DNA of 64,000 nucleotides from Candidatus Hermodarchaeota archaeon. Lineage in GTDB: Archaea; Asgardarchaeota; Hermodarchaeia; Hermodarchaeales; Hermodarchaeaceae. Positions 1 to 9,689 of the stretch are shown in pieces (the first letter of the stretch is position 1; the number at the start of each line of letters is the position of its first letter). Below the pieces are notes generated by a model. It did no database searches, was not told where the DNA came from, and saw only the letters and a program-made list of their open reading frames with translations. The translations under genes were made by a program, and so were the position numbers. The stretch spans positions 1 through 64,000 of the forward strand of contig JAEOUH010000047.1 of assembly GCA_016839365.1 (NCBI GenBank), read 5' to 3'.

Positions 1-700
1 CATCATCTATGCCCTTAAGCTGTTTATTTACATCGCGCTTAGAAACCTCGTCAATTCGCGCACGAATTTGAAGGGTCTCTTTATCGAACTCTAACTGCTG
101 TTTGCGATTTTCAAGTTGGGCTAGCCAACGGTTTGCTAGAGATATTTCATTATCAAGTTGCTGATTGATTTCTGTAAGCTTACCTTGGTATTCGTTGGAT
201 AGCCGCTGGTAAATTGCGTTATCAACCTCTCCCGATTTCTGAAGTTCTTCTAGCCGTTGAAGGCGTCCTTCTTGGACCTCCTTTTCCTGTTTAAGCTGTT
301 CTAAGGGAGTGATGGCCTTGCTTTCTAACTCTTCGATTTCTTTTGTTATCGGATCTAAGCGTTGTTGAAACTTGTCAGATTGGTTTTTTGCTTCTTTTTC
401 GGAAAGTTCACCAACAAGTTGCTTGACTTTCACTGTTTCTTGCTCTTCGTCAAGAGCTGCTTTTTGGAACCGTAGTCTTTCCAGTTTTCCCCGCATAATC
501 AACGCCGATTCAACGGCCGGAGGTATTTCTGTTACCTCTTGTGAAATATGGTTGTCCGGTACCGGAGCTGCAATTTCGGGTTGAGCCTGAATAGTTTCAA
601 CGACTTTTTTTCGTGCAGTAAGGGAAACTCCGCAGTAGGAGCAGAACCTTGCATTAGGTTTTAGTTGTCGGCCACATTCAGGGCATTGTTGGTTTGACAT
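1..700 (-). CDS. Zinc-ribbon + CdvA-like coiled-coil protein (partial, runs off left edge)
   Basis: Manual translation from ATG at 700: MSNQQCPECGRQLKPNARFCSYCG (CxxC..CxxC), then coiled coil including RLQRLEELQKSGEVDNAIYQRLSNEY; not in the ORF track because it is truncated by the window. Confidence 0.75.
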   Translation of the reverse strand, partial: MSNQQCPECGRQLKPNARFCSYCGVSLTARKKVVETIQAQPEIAAPVPDNHISQEVTEIPPAVESALIMRGKLERLRFQKAALDEEQETVKVKQLVGELSEKEAKNQSDKFQQRLDPITKEIEELESKAITPLEQLKQEKEVQEGRLQRLEELQKSGEVDNAIYQRLSNEYQGKLTEINQQLDNEISLANRWLAQLENRKQQLEFDKETLQIRARIDEVSKRDVNKQLKGIDD

Positions 701-775
701 GGATCTCCGTCCTATCAGCTATCTTGAAAGATAGGGAACGGACTTATAAAGTCGGGGGATTGGAATCTCATTTGA

Positions 776-2065
776 TTAGATGAAATAATAAATTCCGACT
801 ATTTGAAGACACATCAAGATTGTTGCGGTAATGAGAGGAACTGCTAGATTGTCATCCAATGGAATAGGAAGCAGTTCAATAATCGCAGCTATAATCGTAA
901 CAAGTAATGCAGAAAGAGGAGATACAATGAGCAACAGGATAAAGAACGCAATTGAGAATCCGATGAGGGTGCCTTCAAGTGTTTTCTTGGGATTGAAAGG
1001 ATAGTGGTGCCGTCCAAAGAAGATACCGCCAATTGTAGAAAACGCATCACCAATTAGGAATACGATGACACTGGCGGTGGCGATGAAAGGCAGGTTCAAT
1101 AGGGTGCCAAAGATGAGAAGGGGAAGTGCAACACCTGCAGCAAAGTAGATGGGAGAGAGAACGTATCTGTCAATCTCATCTTCGCGTCCTGCCGCCATCA
1201 CTGCTTTGGAAATGATTGGAATCTGTATCCCAAAGCTTCTAAGGACTTCGGAAATGGTGAAAAGAAGCGTTAGACTTCCAATTAACATGTAAATTGGGAA
1301 ATGCCATGAAAGATCCCACAGCCAGAGTAATGGGATGATAACGGCACTTGCATGAAGAAGTTGCCGCAAGATTTCTTGCCCCAACCGTCGCGGAACATGA
1401 ATCCGAACCGTAGGGGATGAAAGGTATGGTAGGAGCCCACGTAAGTCAGGTGTTTTTACAACCGCCCGAACATGTCGACGCGCGACTTGATCTGGACGAA
1501 AACCAACTGGAAGGTTAACGAATTCAAACAGGGGGACATTGTTTCGATCGTTAGCTACACCGATGGTTTCATAGTCGTAAAGATTGTGGAGGTCGATGAT
1601 GTTTTGTAATGCATCAACTTTACTCTGTCCCTGGCAATCTAGAGCAGCTATGTGCCCTGTGAGACGATTGTCTTCAAGTTCTACCCGAATACCGCTAGCG
1701 AAATGGGCCCCCAGATTTTTAGCTAGCCGACCTACCGCGAAATCGGGTATCCCGGAACTCATGAGGACGATAATGTGACCTTGGTCGCGGAGAACGTTGA
1801 AAGTCTCTTTCACTCCCCGATGCAAATACACCTGATCTGTCATGCGAATAAGCCAGTCCTTGGGAGCCCCGCGGAGCAGCCGGTACGAGTATCGCATAAA
1901 AGAAGCAATCTCCATAATACGGGCTTCATAGAGAATACCCAACACACCAAAAACAAATGCCTTGAGTAAACCAAACCTCGCTATGACTTGAGAAAGCCAG
2001 AAACCGTTAATTACTGTTCCGTCAACATCAAAAGCAATGATACGATGTCGGTCAATAGTGACCAT
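776..2065 (-). CDS. HAD-IB (SerB-like) hydrolase domain fused to dolichol/phytol kinase-like (CTP_transf_1) membrane domain
   Basis: N-terminal FDVDGT, SSG; C-terminal TM helices with GDAFSTIGG, PKKTLEG, DDNL motifs. Confidence 0.75.
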   Translation of the reverse strand: MVTIDRHRIIAFDVDGTVINGFWLSQVIARFGLLKAFVFGVLGILYEARIMEIASFMRYSYRLLRGAPKDWLIRMTDQVYLHRGVKETFNVLRDQGHIIVLMSSGIPDFAVGRLAKNLGAHFASGIRVELEDNRLTGHIAALDCQGQSKVDALQNIIDLHNLYDYETIGVANDRNNVPLFEFVNLPVGFRPDQVARRHVRAVVKTPDLRGLLPYLSSPTVRIHVPRRLGQEILRQLLHASAVIIPLLWLWDLSWHFPIYMLIGSLTLLFTISEVLRSFGIQIPIISKAVMAAGREDEIDRYVLSPIYFAAGVALPLLIFGTLLNLPFIATASVIVFLIGDAFSTIGGIFFGRHHYPFNPKKTLEGTLIGFSIAFFILLLIVSPLSALLVTIIAAIIELLPIPLDDNLAVPLITATILMCLQIVGIYYFI

Positions 2066-2197
2066 GATACCTTTTACGACCCCTCTGCCCTTTTATGAAT
2101 AGCCCAATCTTCAAGGAGTTCATCTATTCCTAGATTGATAACAAAGTTTTACCCCTATTGAGTCTAATTTTGGATGAAAGTGATGAGGTGCTAGCAT

Positions 2198-2689
2198 ATG
2201 CGAAGATTTCTCTATGCGGATCCAACTGTGTGTGTTGGTTGTAGGATTTGTGAAGCTATATGTAGTTTGCATTGGGAAAAGACAATTAATCCGAAGAAAT
2301 CGCGGAACCGGGTACGTCGAGTCGATCCAGGACTTGATGTTGTTGTGGCGTGCCGAAATTGCGATCAGGCGTGGTGCATCGAAGCGTGTCCTGAAGAAGC
2401 CCTGCGGAAGAACCGGAATGGCATTGTCATTGTGGATTCGAAGAAATGCCGTGGGTGTGGGGCTTGTGTCGAAGCATGCCCATTTGGAGCCATCTTCTTA
2501 CATCCTGACACGCAAAAAGCCATCAAATGTATCGCATGTGGATTTTGTACGAAATACTGCCCAGTGGACACTTTACAAATTCTTACCGATGAAGAATTGG
2601 CAGCTCTGAAGCAGCAGAAAGTGATTCAGCACGAATGTGGGAATCTCCTTGACGAACTTCGAGTGGAAGAGGAATCAGAAAAGAGGTGA
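2198..2689 (+). CDS. 4Fe-4S dicluster protein (AOR-associated electron transfer subunit)
   Basis: Multiple CxxCxxCxxxC motifs; directly upstream of AOR. Confidence 0.9.
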   Translation: MRRFLYADPTVCVGCRICEAICSLHWEKTINPKKSRNRVRRVDPGLDVVVACRNCDQAWCIEACPEEALRKNRNGIVIVDSKKCRGCGACVEACPFGAIFLHPDTQKAIKCIACGFCTKYCPVDTLQILTDEELAALKQQKVIQHECGNLLDELRVEEESEKR

Positions 2690-2692
2690 TCT

Positions 2693-4618
2693 ATGATGGT
2701 GAAGAAAGGGAAACTTGGCGGGTATGCAGGGCAGCATCTACACGTGGATATGACGAAAGGAACGTGTAAACCGATTCCAATCGACAAAGAGTTTGCTCTC
2801 CTGTATCTTGGAGGTCAAGGATTTGCCTCACGAATCATGTATGATCGGGTAGGACCCAAGACAGATGCATTGAGTCCAGAAAATATCCTTATTTGGGCAA
2901 CCGGACCCTTCACCGGAACTCTATGGCCCCAGGCTTCTCGCTATGTGGTTGCTGCAAAATCACCACTCACAGGCATCTTTGGTGAAGCCCATTCTGCGGG
3001 ACATTGGGGACCAGAACTGAAATTTGCTGGATATGACACCATTATTGTCACAGGTCGATCAAAGATTCCGAAGTATCTGTTTATTGATAATGGAACTGCT
3101 CGATTACTCGATGCAGTGGAACTGTGGGGTCGCAACACCGCAGAAACTGAAGACATGATAAAAGAAACGCATAATGATCGAAATCTGCGTGTATCTTGCA
3201 TTGGTCAAGCAGGAGAGAATCTTGTCCGATTTGCGGCCATTATAAATGATTATGATCGAGCCGCGGCACGGTCTGGAATTGGAGCCGTAGCAGGGAGTAA
3301 GCACCTTAAGGCGGTTGCGGTTCGAGGTGGACAGGATATTCCCATTGCCAAGCCAGACCGCTACCTCGAAGTGATAGAAGAGCTACACCGAAAAATGCTA
3401 GCAAGCCCATTTACCGCTAGTCGAGCGATGTATGGAACGACAAATCTGGTTGAATTGATGCAAGAAATCGGGCGACTACCGAGTTATAATATGCGTTCGG
3501 GAGTATTCGCAGCATATCAGAAAATCAGCGGCGAAGCGATCAAAAAAGACTATTTAGTGAAACCCCGAGCTGATTTTGCCTGCCTGCAACGGTGTGGTCG
3601 CTATACGCGCGTTAAAAGTGGACCTTATGCTTATTGTGGTGGCGCTCCTGAGTACGAAACCCAGTCAGCCATGGGAAGCCGATGTGGGAATGACAATCTC
3701 GAATCAATCCTCTATGGCCACCACCTAAGCAACCTCTACGGTTTAGATACCATCTCCACAGGGGCAACGATAAGCTGGGCTATGGAGGCCTGGGAAGAAG
3801 GCCTCATCACCGCAAAAGACACCGGTGGGATAGATTTAAGCTGGGGCAATCATGAGTCCATCATCACACTCATCCACATGATTGCTAAACGGGAAGGGTT
3901 TGGAGACATATTAGCTGAGGGGAGTTATCGAGCAGCCCAACGCATCGGACGTGGGACTGAGAAGTTTGTCATGCATTGCAAGAAGCAAGAAATCGCAGGG
4001 CAAGAGCCTCGAGCCCAAAAATCTATGGGGCTGGCTACCGCTACAGCAGCACGGGGGGCTGACCACCTCTATGCATTTCCTGTTCTGGATGAAGTGGGAT
4101 TTGATCAGGAAATTGGAATCCGTTATGGAACTGATTATCTCCCAGAAATCGGTGATCGCCTTAATCCCAAATACAAAGGAGTCATGGTAAAAGAAAATGA
4201 GGATTTCTGTGCGGTTGTTGAATCATTGGGTGTCTGCAAGTACGGCACATTGATACCCCCAGTCCTTTTTTATGAAGACATTGTCAAAGCCTTTGACGTT
4301 ACTGTTGGTCACTCAATCAGTGAGAAACAGTTGCGAACAATAGGTGAACGGATTGTGAATCTCAACCGCGGTTTCAATGTCCGAGAAGGAATTCGCCGGA
4401 AAGATGATTCACTTCCAAGCCGCCTAACCAAGACTCCAGCCCCAGAGGGACCATCGAAGGGACAGGTTGTTGAGTTGGAACAAATGCTCGACGAGTACTA
4501 CGAGCTTCGTGGCTGGAGAGTTGAAGATGGGCTTCCAACTAAGCGAACGTTAAACCGATTAGGACTAGATGATGTTATTGTAGACCTGACAAAATTAGGT
4601 ATAGAATTACCCGAATAA
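2693..4618 (+). CDS. Aldehyde:ferredoxin oxidoreductase family (tungstopterin)
   Basis: KSPLTG, GENLVRFA, GSKHLKAVAVRG, PEYET, GLDTIS, RGADHL motifs. Confidence 0.92.
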   Translation: MMVKKGKLGGYAGQHLHVDMTKGTCKPIPIDKEFALLYLGGQGFASRIMYDRVGPKTDALSPENILIWATGPFTGTLWPQASRYVVAAKSPLTGIFGEAHSAGHWGPELKFAGYDTIIVTGRSKIPKYLFIDNGTARLLDAVELWGRNTAETEDMIKETHNDRNLRVSCIGQAGENLVRFAAIINDYDRAAARSGIGAVAGSKHLKAVAVRGGQDIPIAKPDRYLEVIEELHRKMLASPFTASRAMYGTTNLVELMQEIGRLPSYNMRSGVFAAYQKISGEAIKKDYLVKPRADFACLQRCGRYTRVKSGPYAYCGGAPEYETQSAMGSRCGNDNLESILYGHHLSNLYGLDTISTGATISWAMEAWEEGLITAKDTGGIDLSWGNHESIITLIHMIAKREGFGDILAEGSYRAAQRIGRGTEKFVMHCKKQEIAGQEPRAQKSMGLATATAARGADHLYAFPVLDEVGFDQEIGIRYGTDYLPEIGDRLNPKYKGVMVKENEDFCAVVESLGVCKYGTLIPPVLFYEDIVKAFDVTVGHSISEKQLRTIGERIVNLNRGFNVREGIRRKDDSLPSRLTKTPAPEGPSKGQVVELEQMLDEYYELRGWRVEDGLPTKRTLNRLGLDDVIVDLTKLGIELPE

Positions 4619-4647
4619 TTAGACCACAAAATCCCTCTCATAAGCAA

Positions 4648-4663
4648 GGTTTAAATTTAAACC
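4648..4663. promoter_or_regulatory. Perfect 16-bp palindrome GGTTTAAATTTAAACC overlapping a TATA-like element
   Basis: Seen directly, 85 bp upstream of the GTPase ATG. Confidence 0.4.
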
Positions 4664-4747
4664 ATTTCAGAGTGAGATACGCGGGCTAACTAAGTACATG
4701 CCCTCCTCCTCATTTTAGAGAAGACGAACCTTGAGGATTTTGATAAT

Positions 4748-5425
4748 ATGAAAGTGCTTGTAACAGGCCCACATCTATCAGGAAAAAGCACACTCATTCA
4801 GCACCTAGCCAAGGGGAACGTGATCAACATTCAAGTAAACGGGACAACTGTTGGTCTTGATCATGGTGTCGCCGAATCCTTTGGAATACCAATTCGGTTA
4901 TTTGGTACACCCGGGCTAGCCCGATTCAAGGTTTTACGACGAATTATTTCTGAGGGAGCTGACGGAATCCTCTTTGTTGTCGACGCGAGTAAACCCGATG
5001 GAGATGCTGAAGCACGCTATATTTGGACAGAAATTAGTGACCTCCTCCCCAATGTTCCCTGTATTGTTGCTGCAAATAAACAAGACCTCCGGGTAGCTCG
5101 AACTCCAGAAAGAATCCGCCATGACTTGAGTTTCATGGTTGGCGTTCCTGTGATTCCAATTAGCAACACCACTGATTACAACTTGGATAAGCTTCTCCCC
5201 GCCATGGCTATGCTCATTGTTTATGAATGGAGCCCCATCCTACGAGCTTTCGGCGCAAGTGGAAAAACGAGCTTTTCAAACCTCGCTAAAAACTTACACA
5301 TCACCGAATCTAAAGTCCGAAACTATCTACGGTGGTTTGAACTCCGGAAATTAGTCGTTGTAGATTGGGACAAAAACACGGCATACGTTTCGCCTGGGGT
5401 AACAAAGATACTCGCTCAACGGTAG
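4748..5425 (+). CDS. Small GTPase (MglA/Rab-like) with C-terminal winged-HTH-like domain
   Basis: G1 GPHLSGKST, G3-like GTPG, G4 NKQD; C-terminal SFSNLAKNLHITESKVRNYLRWFELRKLV resembles HTH. Confidence 0.8.
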   Translation: MKVLVTGPHLSGKSTLIQHLAKGNVINIQVNGTTVGLDHGVAESFGIPIRLFGTPGLARFKVLRRIISEGADGILFVVDASKPDGDAEARYIWTEISDLLPNVPCIVAANKQDLRVARTPERIRHDLSFMVGVPVIPISNTTDYNLDKLLPAMAMLIVYEWSPILRAFGASGKTSFSNLAKNLHITESKVRNYLRWFELRKLVVVDWDKNTAYVSPGVTKILAQR

Positions 5426-5472
5426 CAAGCTTTAAAGTCAGTAAGCCGCATGCATGAAACCGGGGTAAAAGA

Positions 5473-6246
5473 ATGCCAAATCCAGGTCCCACATGGAAAC
5501 GTATTCTCAAAATCATCGAAGAAGAACGCATTGCACACCTCACCCTCATTGATCCTGACCCCATAAAACAATCTGCTGATACGGCCGGGCAAATCGCAAG
5601 CCTCGCAGAAAAAGCAGGAAGCAACGGTATCATGGTTGGAGGGTCAACAGCATTTGGAATCATCGATGAATCCGTCCAAGCGATAAAAAAACAGGTTGAC
5701 ATCCCCGTCATTCTCTTCCCTGGTAACGTCTCTGGGCTTTCACGCTCTGCAGACGCGGTCTTCTTCATGAGCCTCCTAAACTCACGCAAAACCTATTGGA
5801 TAATTGAGGCTCAAACCCTTGCTGCTCGACATATCAAAAGCTACAACCTTGAACCCATCTCTATGGGCTACCTAATCGTCCAACCCGGTGGTACCGCAGG
5901 ATTCATCGGAGATGCAAGGCTCCTTCCCAGAGACAAACCTGAAATCACCGTCGGCTATTCACTTGCGGCCCAATACATGGGCTTCCAATTCGTCTACTTA
6001 GAAGCCGGCTCTGGAGCGGAAAATGTGGTCCCCATTCCTATGATTAAACTCGTATCGCACACAATTGATATCCCCCTTGCAGTTGGTGGAGGCATTTATT
6101 CACCCGAGCAAGCTGCTGCCACAGCTGCGGCAGGAGCGGATATAATCGTCCAAGGAACCATCATTGAACGCACAATCATGGACGATAAAGGCAAGCAACT
6201 AGCTGAAACCATCAAAGCCATGCGTGCAGCGAAAAAGAAGGGATAA
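5473..6246 (+). CDS. Geranylgeranylglyceryl phosphate synthase
   Basis: HLTLIDPD, MVGGS, VILFPG, YLEAGSG, VGGGI motifs. Confidence 0.92.
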   Translation: MPNPGPTWKRILKIIEEERIAHLTLIDPDPIKQSADTAGQIASLAEKAGSNGIMVGGSTAFGIIDESVQAIKKQVDIPVILFPGNVSGLSRSADAVFFMSLLNSRKTYWIIEAQTLAARHIKSYNLEPISMGYLIVQPGGTAGFIGDARLLPRDKPEITVGYSLAAQYMGFQFVYLEAGSGAENVVPIPMIKLVSHTIDIPLAVGGGIYSPEQAAATAAAGADIIVQGTIIERTIMDDKGKQLAETIKAMRAAKKKG

Positions 6247-6549
6247 ACCCTCATCCTCATTTTCCCCTCCACCAATAGGCGGAAAGATTGCGACAACATC
6301 TCCTTCAGTAAGTGGTGTTGCTAATCCTTGTTGAAGCCTGACATGGCGTCCGTTGACAAGAACATGAAAATAGGACTTGAGTGATCCATTAGGTTCCAGG
6401 ACCATCTTTTTGAATTTGTCCCCAAATTTATGACCAAGGATATCTATAACTTCTTGAACGTCGTCGGCTTCGAGTTGAGTTTCTCTGACTCCGGTTAGGG
6501 CGCGGAGGCTTGTGAACATGCGAACAGTAACTTGAGGTTTTTTGGTCAT
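6199..6549 (-). CDS. MoaD/ThiS/SAMP ubiquitin-like protein with C-terminal extension
   Basis: VLVNGR...GDVVAIFPPIGGG followed by 21 extra residues. Confidence 0.85.
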   Translation of the reverse strand: MTKKPQVTVRMFTSLRALTGVRETQLEADDVQEVIDILGHKFGDKFKKMVLEPNGSLKSYFHVLVNGRHVRLQQGLATPLTEGDVVAIFPPIGGGENEDEGLSLLFRCTHGFDGFS

Positions 6550-6567
6550 GGATTTGTGTTCATCCTA

Positions 6568-7752
6568 TTAGTTGGTCTGGAAGGATAGTGCACGGTGTGG
6601 ACAGATGCTGACGCAAACCCCGCAGCCATAACAGAGATTCGTGTCCACTTGGGCTTTGGATGTGTCTGGGTTGACAGCTATGGCTGAGTAGGTACAGGAT
6701 TTGTTGCATAGCCCACAACCCGAGCAGGCTTCTTCGTCGACAGTTGGTGGGAGACTTTCGATGCGGAGTGTCTCAGTAGGGAGATGTTTGAGGGAGATGC
6801 CACGGACATCCAGAGGTGAATCATGTCCATGGGATTCGAGATAGCTAGCTATTTCTGTAGCGATGCGCCCGTACACTGAATTACCTTCGAGGATAGCAGC
6901 AGTGCATACTTGGACAGCCGATGCACCGCACATGACGAATTCAATGGCATCAGAACCGGTGCTAACTCCCCCAACGCCAATGACGGGTTTTGAAGTGCCA
7001 CGGGCAATATCAGCTACACACCGAACTGCCAGGGGTTTGATGGCAGGTCCAGAGAGCCATCCAACGCCTCCTGGCCCACCGAGGAGTGGTTTACCAGTTT
7101 CAATGTCGATGTGGAGACAGGGTCCAAGAGTATTGATGGCTACAAAACCATCGACATGTTTGTCTACGGCCTTTGTAAATACCGTTAGGTCTTTGACATG
7201 AGGGCTCATTTTCGCAAAGACGGGAATATCGACGGCTTCTTTTAGTGTCTTAGCGACTTCGTTGAAGACTTTGGGATCAGATTCGATGTAATGGGTGCTG
7301 AACTCGATTCCATCAACCCCCGCTTTCTCCACAAGTGGAGCGAGTTTTGCTAGTTCCTCGGGAGTATATCCCACTGATGCGATGAGAGATAAGCCTGCTT
7401 CCTTTGCCTTCGGATATTCGTGTTTGAGCCATTTTTCGTAGGGCTTATCACTCCACAGTTCATGGTTCAGTAATCCGTAGGCCCCTCGAACATTGATCCG
7501 TTCTAGGTGGACAATCTGGTTTTGCATAGCTGTTGCCAGAAGCCATTGACTCTTACCCCGATCGAGGGTTTGCATATTCGGACGGGGAACTTCGGCAGGT
7601 TTGACGCTGATAGTTTTGGCTACTAAGCCACCAACTCCACCTCGTGCTGCTTGTAATAGGGTGTCCCCGTCTCGGCTCGTTGGTCCTGCAGCGGTTAGGA
7701 CGGGATTTCGGAGGGGAATTCCTGCAACATCAACATTCATTTCAACGGTCAT
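6568..7752 (-). CDS. Dihydropyrimidine/dihydroorotate dehydrogenase-like flavoprotein with C-terminal 2x[4Fe-4S] (PreA-like)
   Basis: NPVLTAAGP, KTIS, INTL, LSGPAIKP, IGVGG, VQVCTA; CSGCGLC and CYGCGVC. Confidence 0.85.
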   Translation of the reverse strand: MTVEMNVDVAGIPLRNPVLTAAGPTSRDGDTLLQAARGGVGGLVAKTISVKPAEVPRPNMQTLDRGKSQWLLATAMQNQIVHLERINVRGAYGLLNHELWSDKPYEKWLKHEYPKAKEAGLSLIASVGYTPEELAKLAPLVEKAGVDGIEFSTHYIESDPKVFNEVAKTLKEAVDIPVFAKMSPHVKDLTVFTKAVDKHVDGFVAINTLGPCLHIDIETGKPLLGGPGGVGWLSGPAIKPLAVRCVADIARGTSKPVIGVGGVSTGSDAIEFVMCGASAVQVCTAAILEGNSVYGRIATEIASYLESHGHDSPLDVRGISLKHLPTETLRIESLPPTVDEEACSGCGLCNKSCTYSAIAVNPDTSKAQVDTNLCYGCGVCVSICPHRALSFQTN

Positions 7753-9689
7753 TATTCTTCCACCAACTTACCTATTTTTGCGAGTTCATCGGCTACATCG
7801 CTTAGCCCTAAACGGACTAGCTCGGAGCGTTTTGGAAGGCCATCTTTTGTCCAGTTGCGGACTTCATAGTATTCATCGAGCATGGGTTCGAGGTCACAAA
7901 CTTGTCCTTTACCTGGACCTTCCGGCATTGGTTCCTCCGTGAATCGGGGGTGGAGCTGCTCGTTTTCACGTGTGATGCCTTCTCGGACATTGAAGCATCG
8001 TCGAAGGTTGCTGATTCGTTCAGTGATTTTGCGCAGTTCCTTGATGTCCCCAAATTCTTCAAAGCCGGTTAGGGGAGTGAGCATTTGCGCCACGATATCG
8101 AAATAGTAGATTGGTGGCCACATGGAGCCATATTTACAGAGAATGACACTATCAACGAGCACGTATAGATCTTCTTGGTCTTTGATAAGATGACCCTTAA
8201 AAGTGGTGCTGCTCAAATCCATCACTTCAGAAGCGTGTTCCTCACCGAATCGCTCTATCGCGACATCGGGGAAACCAAGTTCTTCGTAGCAACTTAAGCT
8301 ACGGAGATGGTCTGCACCCCGCACGTTGGTGGCATAGGTTAATCCAACGCTTTGTTGAGGTCGGGGATCTTGACCCGAGGCTTCCATGCCCTTTACGTGA
8401 ATCGCGTACCGTTCCGCCCCTTTTCCAATTCTTTGTGCAGCCCGCATAGAGCCTTCAGCGAGTAGATTACCGATGCCTTCACGGTGAGCAATTTTTTCTA
8501 TGAGCGCAATGATTGTTTCATCATTTCCCCATGATAGGTCAAGTCCGTCAGCATCCTTTGAAGTAACAAGGTCGTGTTCTGCAGCTTCCATTAGAAAGGC
8601 GATGGTGCAGCCTGTGCTTATGGTGTCTAACCCATAGAGATTGCAGAGCTGATTTGCATACAAAATCGATTCGACATTACTGTTTAGGCAATTGCTACCC
8701 AAAGCCATGAGCGTTTCATACTCTGGTCCCCCAGTCTTTACTTTGTATGGTCCTGATTTCACCTGGGAGGTATACTTGCACTGGAGTGCACACCCAAAAC
8801 AGGCTTCCCGGCTTGTCCGATATTTCTGTCGTATTGTTTCTGGTCCGATGGCATCAGCTTCTGCAAATACCCCGGTTGTATGGTTCTTTGTGGGGAGCCG
8901 ACCAATCTCTCCAATAGCTGTTACAAGGTTAGTTGTCCCATACATGCCAAGGGATTCTTCGTTCATTTCCCCCCATTTTCCAGTGGTGGTCTGTTCAAAG
9001 GCTTTTCGTGCAGCGGCCATGAACTTCCCATGCTTGGCAACCAGTACGCCCCCTAAACCGCGTGCAGCAACAGCTTTGAGATTCTTACTACCCATCACAG
9101 CCCCGCCACCTGCACGACCTGCGGCTCGGTAGTATGAACCAATGATTGCTGCGTATCGGACCAGATTTTCACCTGCTATACCAATGGAGGCAACTTCGAT
9201 GTCATTGTCTCCAAGTTCCTTCTTGATCTGGTCTGTCGTTTGGGTAGTGTCTCGGGTCCACAGATGAGTGGCATCATGGATGGTCACGGTTTTGTCGTGT
9301 GCCATTAGGTAAACTGGCTTGGGGGCTTTGCCCTGAATGACTAGCATGTCAAACCCGGCGTATTTGAGCTGAGGCCCCCAATGCCCTCCACAATGCGCTT
9401 CGCCCCAGACCCCCGTTAGAGGAGATTTGAAGGCGACCATGAATCGTCCGGAGGGAGAGAAAAAGGCACCTGTAACTGGACCTACGCCAAAAATGAGTGG
9501 ATTCTGCGGATCAAGAGGTTCGGAACCTGGTTTTACGCGATCCCATAAGATACGCGAGGCGAACCCGGTTCCACCTAGATAGTTTTTAGCAAATTCACGG
9601 TCCAGGGGTTTAATTTTGACTTTGGATTCAGTCAAATCAACTTCTGCAATTCGTCCAGCGTACCCGTAGTAGACATCGTCTTTACTCAT
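7752..9689 (-). CDS. Aldehyde:ferredoxin oxidoreductase family (tungstopterin)
   Basis: KSPLTG, GENLVRYA, MGSKNLKA, PEYET, GLDTIS, RGADHL. Confidence 0.92.
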   Translation of the reverse strand: MSKDDVYYGYAGRIAEVDLTESKVKIKPLDREFAKNYLGGTGFASRILWDRVKPGSEPLDPQNPLIFGVGPVTGAFFSPSGRFMVAFKSPLTGVWGEAHCGGHWGPQLKYAGFDMLVIQGKAPKPVYLMAHDKTVTIHDATHLWTRDTTQTTDQIKKELGDNDIEVASIGIAGENLVRYAAIIGSYYRAAGRAGGGAVMGSKNLKAVAARGLGGVLVAKHGKFMAAARKAFEQTTTGKWGEMNEESLGMYGTTNLVTAIGEIGRLPTKNHTTGVFAEADAIGPETIRQKYRTSREACFGCALQCKYTSQVKSGPYKVKTGGPEYETLMALGSNCLNSNVESILYANQLCNLYGLDTISTGCTIAFLMEAAEHDLVTSKDADGLDLSWGNDETIIALIEKIAHREGIGNLLAEGSMRAAQRIGKGAERYAIHVKGMEASGQDPRPQQSVGLTYATNVRGADHLRSLSCYEELGFPDVAIERFGEEHASEVMDLSSTTFKGHLIKDQEDLYVLVDSVILCKYGSMWPPIYYFDIVAQMLTPLTGFEEFGDIKELRKITERISNLRRCFNVREGITRENEQLHPRFTEEPMPEGPGKGQVCDLEPMLDEYYEVRNWTKDGLPKRSELVRLGLSDVADELAKIGKLVEE

